DNA of 64,000 nucleotides from Rhizophagus irregularis (Eukaryota): NCBI RefSeq assembly GCF_026210795.1, contig NC_089436.1, positions 434,001 to 498,000 of the forward strand, read 5' to 3'. Shown piece by piece: positions 36,071 to 49,959 of this stretch (position 1 is its first letter; each line of letters starts with the position of its first letter). The notes under the pieces were generated by a model. It saw only the letters and a program-made list of their open reading frames with translations, ran no database searches and was not told where the DNA came from. The position numbers and the translations under genes were made by a program.

Positions 36071-36759
36071 AACCGAGCAATACATATATAGGTAACAAAA
36101 ATACTACGCAAGGTTTTTTATTAGGATAAAATAAGTAAACTCAATATGTAACTTCACGATTGCCAAAAAACAAGCAATCTAACCATATAACTTTATAATA
36201 TCATATTTTTTTACCAATAATATCATCTTAGCTAAAATTTCCGTCTTGGTAATTTTTTTCATCCCCCATCACTTATGTTAGATGTTATGTAATGTATTAT
36301 TAGATAATATCAAATTTATCCAGAAAGTAAACAATTGTAGCATATGACCTTTTTCAAAAATTCTGCGAAAATAAACAAATGAAAAAGATGACATTAGCAA
36401 AAAATATCATTAATTTTACGTAAACAGCATGTGATATTGTTACCTATACATACTGTATATTGCTCGGGATTTGACGTTGACACCATCGTTAAGATAGTGA
36501 AGATACCATAAGTCCATAATAATACATAAATTTATAATTATATAATATCATAAGTAAAAAGAATAATGAACTGTCGAGTTAATGAATAATAAAATTTCAG
36601 GATTGTAGATTTTTAGGAATAGATCTCGATTATATATACATATATACAGTATATCTTTAATATCTAAAGTCTAAAGTCTTACGTCTTTTTATTTTTTTAT
36701 TTTATTTTTTTTTTGTCGACAAAAATATACATATATGCGTTACCGCACGTACTAAAAAT

Positions 36760-37907
36760 TTATATTTTTTTACCATAAATCATTGTATATTTACAATACA
36801 TTCTAATTGATTTTGTTTCAGTAATGAATTCATCAAATAATTGATTAATCTCTGAATTTGTTATATTCATTTGTTTTGCTAACAAATTCTTTAACGCGCT
36901 TACAGCATTTATCATATTTTGTCCTAATAATGATCCTAATAAAAAGAAAAAAAAATCGTCAAATTTTTTTTGAAAAAAAAAATAAATAATATTATATAAT
37001 AACTTTTACATACCAATTTCACCGTCTAATTCACTTAATGGAAGCGTAATATCATTTTGTTGAATTTCTTGTAATCCATATTTTTTTAGATATCCATGTA
37101 ATCGATCATTAATTGACGGATTCATCGATCTCGCCCTTAATAATCTACTCACTTAAAAAAAAAAATTTAAATAAATTATTTGTAAATTGTAATTTCATTT
37201 TTTTAAAAAATGTAAAAAAAGCAAAAAGATTTTTTTTAAAAAAAAAAAGAAATAAAATATTCTTATATATACATTCATCCATAACTCTCTTGGTGGCAGG
37301 ACCCATATTTTTAAAATATAAATTCGGTTCACATAATTCTAAAAATCCATTTGGTCTAAGTAAATCAACCAAATTTCTTATAACTTTATCATATTGTAAG
37401 TCGGTAAAACATAAAACCATACATCTCATATGTATAAAATCGAATGAATTATGATTAAAGGGTATTCCTTCTAATATATCATTATATATGAAGCGTGTAT
37501 TAGATGGACGAATAGTTGGTAACATAAACGATTGTATTTCTATACCAGTGAATCTAGATTTTGGGTAATCTGATGATACATCAAATACCCACGTTCCAGT
37601 ACCAGACCTATTTTTAATATAATAATATTTTATTATCTGTTATTATCAATTTCACGCTAAAAAGAAAAAAAAATGACAGCTCTAATTAATTAATTAATTA
37701 ATTTACATACCCAACATCCAACACATCAATACCACGTACTAAATCTTGAGAAATTGGAGAAATAAAATTGGAATTACAGCAAATTTTCAATATATGATGT
37801 AATTGTTGTAATCTATCTATTTGTAATTCATCAACTTTAATAATATAATTTCCATCTTTTGATTTTTTAAAGAATAATTTTTTTTTTGTTGAAAACGTAT
37901 TCCCCAT
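36760..37907 (-). CDS. Class I SAM-dependent methyltransferase (LaeA/TAM-like, Methyltransf_23/25), 4 exons, 281 aa
   Basis: Exons 37907-37711, 37607-37273, 37151-37014 and 36935-36760 splice in frame (846 nt). Motifs: E..DRLQQLH, VLDVGSGTGTW, GIPFNHNSFDFIHMR, LRPNGFLELCE. Confidence 0.9.
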
Positions 37908-40687
37908 ATGCAATTATGAAAAGTAAGTAAGATGATGATGATAATAATATCGAGAATAATGATGAAATATAATAATGTAATGATAATAATAATAAGGTAT
38001 TAATATTCTATACAGGAGATAAAGAGAGAATGAAAAAAAAAATCAATTGAATCGAATAATAAAAAAAAATAAATTAAATCGTTTTTTTAAAAGAAAATAT
38101 TATGGGGTAAAAATATAACTTCTTTTTATACAATTTTACAATTTTTTTTTAAAAAAAGTAAAAATCTATTTAAAAAAAAAAAAAATCTATTTAAAAAAAG
38201 ATGTTTCTTAAATAACCACTTTTGTAAGACATTATATGCATTATTTTCTTCTTGAATGAGAAAAAATAAAATAAAATAAAATAAAATAAAATAAAATTTC
38301 TTTGAATCATTTATTCTGTTACACCAAAAGCCCCCCGGATTAACGCTAAAGTATTACGTGGTATTACGGAAGATTAAAAGTTCCGATTAACCAACAGTAA
38401 AATATTAAATTTCTTACATAATCATTAAAATCGGTTAGAAATTTTTTTTACACAAATATATTATTAATAAATTACGTGACCATTCGATGATTGGAGAAAT
38501 TTGATTTTTTAATTATGTCATTTTGAAATCTCTAATTTTTTTTTCCGCCTTGGGCTGTTAGGCTTTCTTTTTACCCCTTAGGCCTTTGGATTATAAATTA
38601 CGTAAATTACATGTAGTTAATAAAAAAAAAAATTTGGTCAAATGATTCATTATTCATAATTATATTTTTATTTTTTTGTAAATGTTTCGTTCTTCAATGG
38701 TTTTATTTTTTTTTTGAACCTGGAAAATGATGACTATACCGAATTTAATTACTGAAACATTTTTTAATCATTAAAATGTAAATAATGATTTCAAACTAGT
38801 ATAAATTCAGACTAATATAAAACTCAAAATACATTTTTGTTTATTAAATTATATTTTATCTTTAAAATAAATATTTTATACGCCATTAAAGCAGGGGCGC
38901 AAATAAGTTACATAATACTATACTTGGTCATTCATTTAATTATTTGTTTAACGAAATAACAAATCAAAAATCAAATTGAAACAAACATCGGAAAATTCGG
39001 AAAATTCGGAGAAGAGCATTACATTGCAAAAGAGAGAGAAAGCTGGGCATTAAGTTTTTTTTTTTACCTTTTTTTTTACCAATAAAATAAGGCGCAGCAA
39101 TTATGCAATTAATAAACTTTATTTTAATATTATACGACGGTCTAAATATGTCATATTTCTTTTTTTTTTAAAAAAAAAATAAAACATCGTTATTTAGGCG
39201 CAATGGAAACAGATACTTTTATAAGTTATTTATAGATTCAAATAGTAAAAATAGTAATAATAATAATAATAATAATAATGTTAATAATGATGATAATGAC
39301 GGACGCCTACATTAATGTCATTAATGTATAATGAATGATTCACTTCACAATGGTAGCGAGTTTAGTAATATTAAAAAGACTTAAATTTGATGATTGTTTA
39401 TAGTTTTATTTAGAAACGAAGGTAGAAATGAAATTATAATTATATGTTATTGGTGATTGAAATACCGACCATCAAATTCTTATCGAGATTATTGTTGAGA
39501 TTGACGGGTCCGTTTATGCATTACTGTGCGAATATAACAATTACGCAAATCTGCATGAACTTACATTTTGATTATTATCATTGTATCAGACATAAAATTA
39601 AACATCCCTAATTGTTTCAAAAATAGTCTTCAAAGAAGTGTTTCTGCATTTCGCAAAAAAAAATAAATAAAAAAAAATAATTATTTACGAACCAGCTCGG
39701 AAATAAAACAAAGAAATAAAATTTACTTATTATGTGTCAGCAGAATTTGAGGATTAAATAATTGAAAACAAATTTGATGATGTAAATAAAGGCGTTTTCG
39801 AAATATTTTTATTTTATTTTATTTTATTTTTTTTTCTCATTCTAAATTAATTATATATGGAAGGAATGGTGAAACATAAATAAATTTGCCATTACTTTAT
39901 GACATAATGCACGTCTAACCAAAATGGAAATTATGCACAAACATGCAATAGGAAAATTCTGATTGGATTTTTAACTTATAAATATACATGCAAGGAATGC
40001 ATTGGCATACATTTCTTATTACTTGATTCTATAATTTTTTATTCTATATGGAAATTTGGACTTGAATTTGGCCAGCATTAATAGATTTGATTGACATTTT
40101 GATTGAAACGTGAATGCACCTAATACTTTTTATGAACGAAAAGTATTTAGGTATTAATGTAAAAATTATTAAATACTATATTTAAAAAAAATAAAACTTT
40201 AATAAGCAAAAAAATATCTATTTTTGGTCAATATGTATGTATCTAATTATATAATATAATATAAATATAAAAATAAAAATTTTATAAAAAAAAATTATTA
40301 CATAGTTTAATTATCGTTAATTAGATATTGGATTTCTTTAATTATCAGATATTTTCTAAAAAAAAAATAAATAAATAAATAAATTTTAATTACCATAAAT
40401 AAAATCCAATTATCGCAATATGAAGAAATTAAAATAAATAAAATTGGCATGAAATAACATTAGATAAAAATCACCAGATTTTTTATCTGGAATATAAGAA
40501 TTCCGATTAGTAATTGTTTGTTACTAGTAGTATTTTCCTCGGTATCGGGTATCGCGACATTTTACCGAAAGCTTGGCCTGAGTTATTCATAATGCTGTAT
40601 AATGTTGGCCCTATTTCTGAAACTTTCTTTCGGCGAGTTCCGTCCCTCATATATCGGCTGATCAGCTGATCATTTATTTCATGATAT

Positions 40688-40797
40688 AACGCAAATAACA
40701 CAAAATAACGCAAATAACGCAAATAACGCAAGATAACGCAAATAACGCAAAAATAACGCAAATAACGCAAAACAACGCAAAATAACGCAAAATAACT
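40688..40797. repeat. Short tandem repeat (ATAACGCAA)n, about 11 copies
   Basis: Directly visible 9-11 bp units. Confidence 0.9.
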
Positions 40798-42223
40798 TTT
40801 GTTAGTATTGTATAAAATTTTATAATAAATAATCATAATTTCTTTTCTATATTCTGATTTTTTATATCGTTCTTTCGTTCTTTTGATACAAAATCGTGAT
40901 ATTTATTAAAGCCTATATTTCTTATAGCGTGGTTAAGAGACTCTCTCCTTATAAATGGACGAATAAAAATATAAAATCAAGTTACTTTATTTTAATAGGA
41001 TCGATCCATAATTAAGTTACATGCAAATCCATAGAACATATGGCCTCAAATCCTCGACTTGTTTAATTCCACCGATCATAATGGGCAGATCTAAGGTTTT
41101 TGCATAAAATATGAAAATTTTTTTCTTACATAACAGAAAATTACCAATCATTTGAATGATATTCTTTACAATTAATAATTCTGGTCTGATCAATAAAAAT
41201 TTGGGCAAAAATTATCAAAAAAGGAAAGATTTTTGTAATTATTTTGATTCAAATCGGGAATCATTTTAATAAGATCTACTTATTACATATATTAATGTAA
41301 CATTAAAATTTGATCGTGTTAGGTAAATTAAGTAAAATGCAATCATGTTTTGTACTATTATTGACCCTGAAATTAGTCTTTTTATTAGCAACGAGTTCCT
41401 GGAAAATCGAAAACTTTATTATAAAAAGCAAATGTTACCAAAAAAAAAAAATAAGGAGTGTCACAAATTTATGGAAATTTGAAATTTTTTTGAAAAATAA
41501 TTATTTATCATTCCTAATTGAATTCATATTATAAAACTGATAATTTATGAAATCAAGTTATTAACTATATAAATTAACAGTGATATACACTTTGAAAAAG
41601 TTCAAAAATAATTGGACTTCTAATCATTATTATTACTTCTAATTCTAATAAAAATTATTGGAAATTGCCAGTGCATATAAAAAAAATATATACATAAAAC
41701 ACATATATATTGTATGAATACACATATAATATATAAAATAATACGTGTTGAAAAAATTATCAACTTCTATAAAACATTGGAAGTTTCAATGTAAATCACT
41801 CATATGATTGATGATTGATGTGTGTGTATATCAATAAATTAAAAATTAATATCCAGGATACATCAATATGTTTCTAAATAAATTACTATATATTAATTCT
41901 TGGCGTAAATCACTAACAAAGAATTTTTTGTAGATCAAGAAATGTGAAAACTCGTGTAACTGATTGTTTTTTTTCGATTAATTTTTACCTTTACTGTGAA
42001 TGTGAATAAAAATATTATTCACAACTTTAAAGACTTCTATTATCTCCGCTCATACGAAATTTATGCAAGTTTAAATGAAACCAATATCACAAACCAGTGA
42101 ATGGTACTATAAAATATGTAACAAAATTAGACGAATTGAAATTAATGAAATGGTTCGGGAACTCCGCGGATAAAAAATGGACATTTTTTTTCAATCTGAA
42201 AAAATGATCCTAGCAAACAACCA

Positions 42224-42440
42224 TAGTTAATTGTTTGTTTAACGTACCTATCCCCCTCTAGTTTTTTTTAAAAAAAAACCTAAATTTTGATAAACGTACA
42301 ACAACATGAATGTTTAAATGCGTCCCCCTTTAAATTTAAATTATGATTTTCTGAAATTTTCCAAATTTTCTCAAAATTTCCAAAAATCTAATTATGCAAA
42401 CCCCTCAAAACTTTTTCACGTTAAACAAACAATAGCCCTA
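42224..42440. mobile_element. MITE with TIRs of about 22 bp
   Basis: TAGTTAATTGTTTGTTTAACGT ... ACGTTAAACAAACAATAGCCCTA (16-bp perfect core). The left terminus is decayed and the TSD is unclear. Confidence 0.55.
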
Positions 42441-42793
42441 TCACAGGTTCAAAAAATAATTTGTCAAATATCATAAAATATTCGCGAATGAACAAATATC
42501 CGTGAATGAACGTACAACTCATAAAACTAAAAACTTACAAATTAGAATTTTAAATTTTCGTATTTTTCGTTCAAAACTTCAAATGTTTTCTTTTTAACTC
42601 GTAAATTTCAATGATTCAAAATTAGAACAAAGTTGAAAATGTCATGTTGTAAGAAAAGTATTTCAAGACTTTTCTATTTTCTTTGGTTTTGACTTACTCT
42701 TGTTCTTTTTTTGTTGTTGTTACTTTCCTTAATTACTTTTCTTCGATAGAAGAAAAACAAAGTAAGAACATATTTTATTTTCTAAAATAATGA

Positions 42794-42896
42794 CCCTATA
42801 AAATTGATCACATACCGGAGTTTTTTTTTGGAATGAAAACTACTAAACTAGAGAAATAATCATTTATCGGAATTTCCCCAGAAAATTTTTATAGGT
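42794..42896. mobile_element. CCCTATA mini-element
   Basis: TGA|CCCTATAAAA...TTTTATAGGT|TGA. The body is shared with 43207-43282 and 52258-52360. Confidence 0.7.
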
Positions 42897-43206
42897 TGAT
42901 GTTGAAATTAGTTTGGTAAAATATAAAACTAACGTAGAGATCCGTAAATATTTGCTGGATTATACATGGATAATCGCACGAATCCCATAATACTTAAGAA
43001 TGATTCGTCATCCACAGATCGTTTCACTAATTGAAAACATGAAAATTAGCGGCATTTCTCGATCACGTGATTCGTGGCCGGCATTACAACATTATGCACG
43101 GATACATAACACTACGCGTTCATCAAACTAACATTTGTGATAAATATAATGTGACCATAAAGATATTTACGTTATCTTCTTAATTTTCTCAATTTTCTTT
43201 TCACTG

Positions 43207-43282
43207 CCCTATGAGTTTCTTTCGGAATGAAAATTAGAAATATGATCATTTATCTGAGTTTTTTCAGAATTATTTTATAGGG
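43207..43282. mobile_element. CCCTATA mini-element (76 bp)
   Basis: CTG|CCCTAT...TATAGGG|CTG, a 3-bp TSD. Confidence 0.7.
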
Positions 43283-43440
43283 CTGGCCTCAAACCATCCT
43301 TTCCTGCTATATGTCCGAGAAATTTCACCAAATTTATATTTCTTTAACTCACAATCATATTCATTTATTTAATACTTTATCAATATGATACATGTGTTCT
43401 TCAAAATTCTTTGAATAAATCATTATATCGTCTAAATATA

Positions 43441-43750
43441 CCCTATAAAAAAAAAAATGTCCGGAAATTGTCGTCGAAAATGTCCAGAAAATGTCCGGGT
43501 GTCCGGGAAATGTCCGGAAATTTCAATATTCAGGACACTTTCCGGACACCAGGCTTGAGCCCTCTTGTACATTTTCCGGAAATTCACAATATCTCGGCGT
43601 CCGGATTATTGCAATGTTCCAGACATTTTCCGAACACCTGGACATTTTCGATGACAACATCCGAACATTCTTTTTATACCACTACAAATTCTCGAAATTA
43701 GATAAGATTATATGAAAAAGATTTATAAATTTAAACTTTTATTTATATAA
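43441..43750. mobile_element. CCCTATA-type MITE with TGTCCGG/CCGGACA repeats
   Basis: Begins CCCTATAAAA and is an inverted homologue of 49138-49431. The right end is unclear. Confidence 0.6.
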
Positions 43751-44131
43751 AATGACAAGTACCATACAACAATTATAACATATAAACTTTATTGTTTACA
43801 CTTAATCATACATAATTTAATTTTAATATCATATGATCCATCGTATTTCTTCTAAAAAAATTTAAGATTTTAAAATCACTACAATTATAGATGAAATTAT
43901 GATGATGGAATTTTTTGAAATCAAGGCTTATTTGACTATATATACACAGTATATATATATATATATATAAAACTTATTGATGAATTTCATTCTTACTATA
44001 TAAAATCATAAAGGATTTGAAGGAGTTATTTAAAATATTTAACGAATATCATATAATTTGAGCAAAACAAAACAAACAATAGATAGAAACAGTATCGCTT
44101 AAAAAGAAAAAAAAAAGTAAATAAACGTTAT

Positions 44132-44926
44132 TTAGTTAAGTAAATGACGACTTAAATAACGTGATAAATGAAGTTTAAGATTTTCTTTTTGATCGGATGT
44201 AAAAGCAAATCGTTCCTGTCCCATGTTTTGATCAAGTTCAACATCATATAATATCTTATTTAAATAATTAGGAGAAGCAATTTTACAAGATATTCGATAA
44301 ATTTGATTATTATATTGTTGTTGGTAATAAAAAGCAAATTCATTTTCTTTTAATTGAGTTGGATTATTTAATAATTGTAAAGAAAGTTTTTCACATTTAA
44401 TATGATAATTTAAAATATCGTTAGGTGGTTGATAGAAAAAATTATTAAGGTGAACTTGTGGATCATTATTTTCCTGATTTTGATGAGAATTTACTTGTAC
44501 AGGAATTTGAATCATTTTTTTAGATAATTTCATGGAAATTCCATATTGATTTGATGCATGGCTATTTTGGTGAGAGGAAATTACATGGTTAACACTGGAA
44601 AATGAGTTAGTTTGTGATAATTGTAACATTTGTTGTGTACTATAATCTTGATAGTTATTATATTGTTGATTTGAATAAACGTTACTATTTGTACAATCTG
44701 CACTCTGTCCAGGATATAATTGAGGTACGGCAAAAGAATTAGGAACTTGAAGAGGTAACTGATAACTAAGTGAGCTATCAGGAGAATCAGGAGAATATTG
44801 CGATGCACCATTCAAAGCACCTTGGCTTTCTTTTCCTGAATATGAATTAGATGAGAAGTTATTATCTTGTAAATTATAAGGAGTGGATATAAATTTCTGT
44901 TGATAATTTTCTGGGTGGGTTGACAT
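44132..44926 (-). CDS. Hypothetical protein, 264 aa, with a Q/N/S-rich N-terminus and a duplicated F(F/Y)Y..x..Y.I.C motif at the C-terminus
   Basis: Uninterrupted ATG-initiated 795-nt ORF in very AT-rich DNA, with protein-like composition. Confidence 0.75.
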   Translation of the reverse strand: MSTHPENYQQKFISTPYNLQDNNFSSNSYSGKESQGALNGASQYSPDSPDSSLSYQLPLQVPNSFAVPQLYPGQSADCTNSNVYSNQQYNNYQDYSTQQMLQLSQTNSFSSVNHVISSHQNSHASNQYGISMKLSKKMIQIPVQVNSHQNQENNDPQVHLNNFFYQPPNDILNYHIKCEKLSLQLLNNPTQLKENEFAFYYQQQYNNQIYRISCKIASPNYLNKILYDVELDQNMGQERFAFTSDQKENLKLHLSRYLSRHLLN

Positions 44927-47099
44927 ATTCAGTACTTTGTTATATAAACGACAAAGACTTTTTTTTTTTATCTATTAATTCGTAATAATAATTTAATGGG
45001 GCTATACATTATGCTATACATTATGGGCCATATATATCTCTTTTTTTAAAAAAAATGAATAAAATGAATAAAAATGGAGAAATGTTAAGCACGATCCCCT
45101 AAAGATGTGCAAAGATGATCTAATTATTTTTTTTTTTTAAAGTATAAAGAAAATCTTCAATATTTCTCAACATGTCTAGAAAATTTGTTAATATATTAAA
45201 AAATATAAATATAAAAGTGATTATCTAATATTTTAAAAAATAATTTAAAAATAATGTAAATCTTTTTATATGAAATGATAGAGCAGGACGATTTCCTTCA
45301 TAATTACTGGTTTAGGTCGTTCAATAAACAGAAACTTTACTCTTTTGAAGAATTCTATAGATTACTAATTATAAGTGATTTATTCGATGCACGTTTTATT
45401 TATCGTTATTTAAAAAAAAAGGTTAATATGTAAATAATTAAACTTTATTATGGACGACCCTATAGGATCATCGCTTTTTGATACTTGTTTAATCAACTAT
45501 TTATTAGGTATGATCTCACAAGCTGATCCGTGTTTATATTCTTGGTAACACGGAATTTAATGAGATTCGTCCAAAAAATCCCAAGGCCCTACTGATGTAA
45601 TATTATTCCGAAATCATGATCCATAAATATTTATTATCGAAAAAATATCAAATAATAATCCTTTATTAGAATAACAAACAAAAACATTAAGTGAAGTGTA
45701 TGTATGATTAGATATGATTAGATATAATTTATATTTAAAAAAAATTACGTTCACAAGTTATAAAAATATATAAATTATTATATTTAATAGGAAAAGATGA
45801 AAAAAAAATTGTCGTCATTTGTTAAATCTATTTCTATCTATGAAAAAAAAAAAATGTTATTAATATAATTAATTAAAAACAAAAACCAATAATATAAAAA
45901 ATGTCGACTAATTTATCCTCAAGTTTTGATTGGTTTACCATTACTTCCAGAAAATTATTAAAGATTTCCATTATTTCCATTATTTATACAAATACCAAGT
46001 TAACATAATGGGTTTTCAATCCTTTTGTGTTTTTTTTATAATGTTAAATTTTGAAACAGTTTTAATTATTAATCTATAAAAAGAAATGTTTCAAATCATG
46101 AATTGATGAATCAATGAAAAATTAATATTCGTATTTTTGATATTATTTCGAAGTTTCTATAAACATTCTCAGGACTCGTGTAAATTATATTCAAACATGA
46201 TTTTTTTCGATGAAAGTTTTCTATGAATTATTTTTCTTTTTATTGGATAAAATCTCATTTTTTTTTTTTAAAAAAAAATATTCATTAAATAACTTTCTAA
46301 CAAACGAATAATATAAAATCTTGGTAAATATTAATAATTACGGTGAAACTTATCATATTCATAATTTTTACAATGAATTGGTTGTTTAAATTTTGTATAT
46401 GATTTTTAATTCTTGTAACTGGATAGATCCGAACTTTTAGATTAGATTATCCTTCTTTATAGAAAGTATTTATTATTGTTCGAAACGATTATTGTTATTG
46501 CCAAGTGACCATATGATCTCATATCGTAACAGTATATGTCATATTATTGTGCACAACTTATATTCGGTGTAGGAAAGATCATGATGCCAAGTATTTTGCT
46601 CAGCGGGATATTTTTAGAAACTATATTGATTGTTGTCATGTGCCACGCAGTGGCACAATGACAGTCGATAATCATTCAACATCGATTTATACTTCGTGCC
46701 TAATAACTGGATTTCATTTGCAAGCGCACATGACCACACAGTTTAAAATGCATCCTGCGGATCGCCGCATCGTCTGAAAAAAAACAAACGTCATATTAAA
46801 TTTACTCGCTCAAATTCTAAAAAAAAAAAATTAACCTTCTATGCCCTGGCTACAAGATTTATTAATTATTATGTTTCATAAGTTTAATATGGTTTCTATT
46901 ATTAAACTTTTTTTTGTGGATTATTCTTTTAAAGCAAAACAAGTATCATTATTGCGTAAAAAGTCTGAAATATGAACTTATTATTCGATCACCGCATCGC
47001 ACGGTCGCACAGATTTGGTCATGCGTCCAAACAATGCTGCAAAAAATACATTTGTAAAATTTCTTGATTGTTTTTTCTCCCACGTCTCTTACGCTCACG

Positions 47100-48573
47100 A
47101 TGGACTCTTTTCTTATTTTTGATGGCTTCGAGCGCAAGTTTTACATAGTCGATTCATTTGAGCAATTGACTAATTTGGTACTATATTCTTATCTGCATAA
47201 TTGAGAAATCGACAATAATTAATTAACTTTCTTCTATATTTTAGTTTCCTTCGCTTGCAGGAGATCCCTTAGTAAAAAAATTTCTTTCCGATATTCACGA
47301 CATTAATTTAGAAAAATCAGTGACAACATTTATTACGAACCTTAATGAAGTTTTAAAATGCTTGGGAAAAGGCGCAATACAAGTATCAAAAATTGTTCTT
47401 CAAACACTAGGAAGGATTTTTAGAATGGTTTGTCACAAAGTTGTGGGGTTACCCATTATTTTATTTCGGAAGATTAAGCAATCCATATGCGATATATACG
47501 ATGAAAGCATTCAACTATTTATTAAAATGTTTAATAAATTACTTGAATGCAAAGAGTTTTTAAAAGAGGTATGATAAATGAATTTTTAATATGGTTGACT
47601 AGTGATTATCATTCTCAATTAACTTAACTTATCCTTTCAAAGGCATATCACCTTTCATTGTCAATTTTGGCTCTTACTTTTACTTTCAGCTCATTGAACG
47701 ATGCTTATACGCAATTTATGCGAGATGATGGCGATCGTATTCCTTTGGACGACAATCAAAAACAAAAGTTTAAGGATTGTCTTGAGCGTTTACAAATCAT
47801 TTTAGAAGATATCTGCAATAATTTGAGTAACATCTGCCAAAATTCGCGTGACAATACAATTTATGTCGAATTTAAGAGTAAATAACGTTTTTTTTATTTC
47901 TTTAACATTACAATATTTTTTATTAACTGAACACAATTAACTTTATATCATTAGATAATCTTGATATTCTCCAAAATCGCCTAGAAGATTTTACGAAATC
48001 TGTGGATTCAATAATCATTGACTTAAAACCCAAAATTCAAAAATTTCAGAGAGAGAAAAAATATAGATGGTTTAAAGCTGGCGCATCAACAGTGTAAGTA
48101 TTATTTGATTGTATTTTTGATTTTACTTCGAAAAAAGTTGACAGACTTCGTAAAATTCTTTTCTCCAGTATCACTATTGCCTCATTTGCTGTAGGTGGTC
48201 CATTATTGAGGGTATGTTATTTCTTTATGATGTTTTGATACAATGAAATTTGTTACAGCAACAGATTATTCTTGTTACCTACACTATACATAATTCTATA
48301 TTTCAGGTTGTTGGTGGAGCATCTGGAGGATACGCAATTTATAATGGCATTAAAATATATAAACTTCATAACATCATTAACGAACATGAACAAGTTCGAG
48401 ATGTTATCAATGACACACAAAAATTCTTAGAAGGAACACGTGATTATATAGATATTATTGACCCGGACGATTTAGAAGATCAATCACAACCACCGATTAT
48501 TCTCGACCAATTTACACACCTCCGTAATGAAGTTAAGAAAATGAGAAGCACATTACCTTCTATTTTTCAATGA
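47100..48573 (+). CDS. Hypothetical helical protein, 6 exons, 361 aa, with a Gly-rich hydrophobic hairpin
   Basis: Exons 47100-47177, 47245-47568, 47643-47877, 47955-48093, 48169-48211 and 48307-48573 join in frame over GT-AG introns (1086 nt, no internal stop). Confidence 0.8.
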
Positions 48574-49137
48574 TATCTTACAGAGTATACAACATATTTT
48601 TCTTGAAATTTGAGAGTTTTTAATAAATATAAAGTATGAAATTATGTACTTTCCAATTACTATTATAAATATCTATTTTTTCAATGTAAAGTTCTCAAAA
48701 AAAAAAAAATAATAAGTTTATAGAAGACGTGTAGACGACGTGTGTTTGTTTTTATCAGTTATCAGAACAATAAATTTATTATTACTAAAATAATATGAGT
48801 ATTAAAGGCTACAAGAAATCGAGTCTGCTCTGTAGGAATGCGCAATAAAAAGCGAGCTAATGGAGCAGAATAGTAAATAAGGTCCAGATAGTTATCTTTA
48901 AAATATATATAATCACATGTACAATGTCGCGTTCAGGCTTGAAGGATATACAATTATACATTAGGTTCAACCCAGGTCCTGTCCTATAAAAGATTTTATC
49001 CGTAATTTCTGTAAAAAGTAAACACCCGTGAATATGATACATTTATGGAAATAACATGGGATAAAAAAACATGGAATAAATTTTTATAGGGAGGATTTAA
49101 ACAAGCGCATTTTAATAAGAAACATTTTTAAAACATG

Positions 49138-49431
49138 CCTATAAATTTATTTTTTTTAAATACAAATACTGTATGTATGTTATATATAACTTTTAAATAA
49201 TTTCTGTATAATTTTTATAGTTAAAAAAAATGTCCAGAAATTGTCCGGATTCCCGGAAAATGTCTGGAATTGAAATTGCAATATTCCGGACGCCAAGATA
49301 TTTCGAATTTCCGGAAAATGTGTCCAGAAAATGTCTACAAAGCTCAGGCCTGATGTCCAGAAAGTAGTAATTTTCTGGACATTTTTCATTTTCCGGTCAT
49401 TTTCGATAATAATAATTTCTTTTTTTATAGG
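49138..49431. mobile_element. CCTATA-type MITE with TGTCC(A/G)G repeats
   Basis: ATG|CCTATAAA...TTTTATAGG|ATG, a 3-bp TSD. Homologous to the 43441 element in the opposite orientation. Confidence 0.7.
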
Positions 49432-49959
49432 ATGTATATTAATTTGCGAATTTCTACAAGCACGAAAAACAAGATTTTATTATCAGTTGAAATATAAGAT
49501 AATTTAAAATCAGTCAAGGAAAAAAAATATATATTATTTTATATGATCATTGGCCGATTCCAAAGTATATTCTGGTTTTTGCCGGATATGTGCAATAATT
49601 TATTAATAACAAGGAAAATACTCCCTCGATCGTTATTATAAGTTATTTTTTTTTTTTGACATTAATTCTCACTCGACAATAATCTGTATCTGTAGATGAA
49701 AATAACTTGAAGTCTGAATATATTAAGAAAGGGATAAGTGCCTTTTTTAATTTTTTTTTTTTTTACAGAGAAAAGGAAGATCAGAATTCAAATAGTTCAA
49801 TGACTCTGATGTATGAGGGATATCCTGTTGTACATACATGTTTAGATCGCTTGTAGAAATAGAATAACTTTATATGTATTAGCGTTTATTGCTTTAATAA
49901 ATCATACAAATAAATTAATAATTGAATATCGCAGTTTCATAGTGCTACAATATACTGTA

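Noticed and set aside
40507..40836. 109-aa ORF with LRY repeats
   Set aside because: It is a by-product of the ATAACGCAA tandem repeat.
48982..49091. Another CCTATA...TATAGGG element
   Set aside because: The termini fit but the flanks (CTG vs AGG) do not form a TSD, so it was left uncalled.
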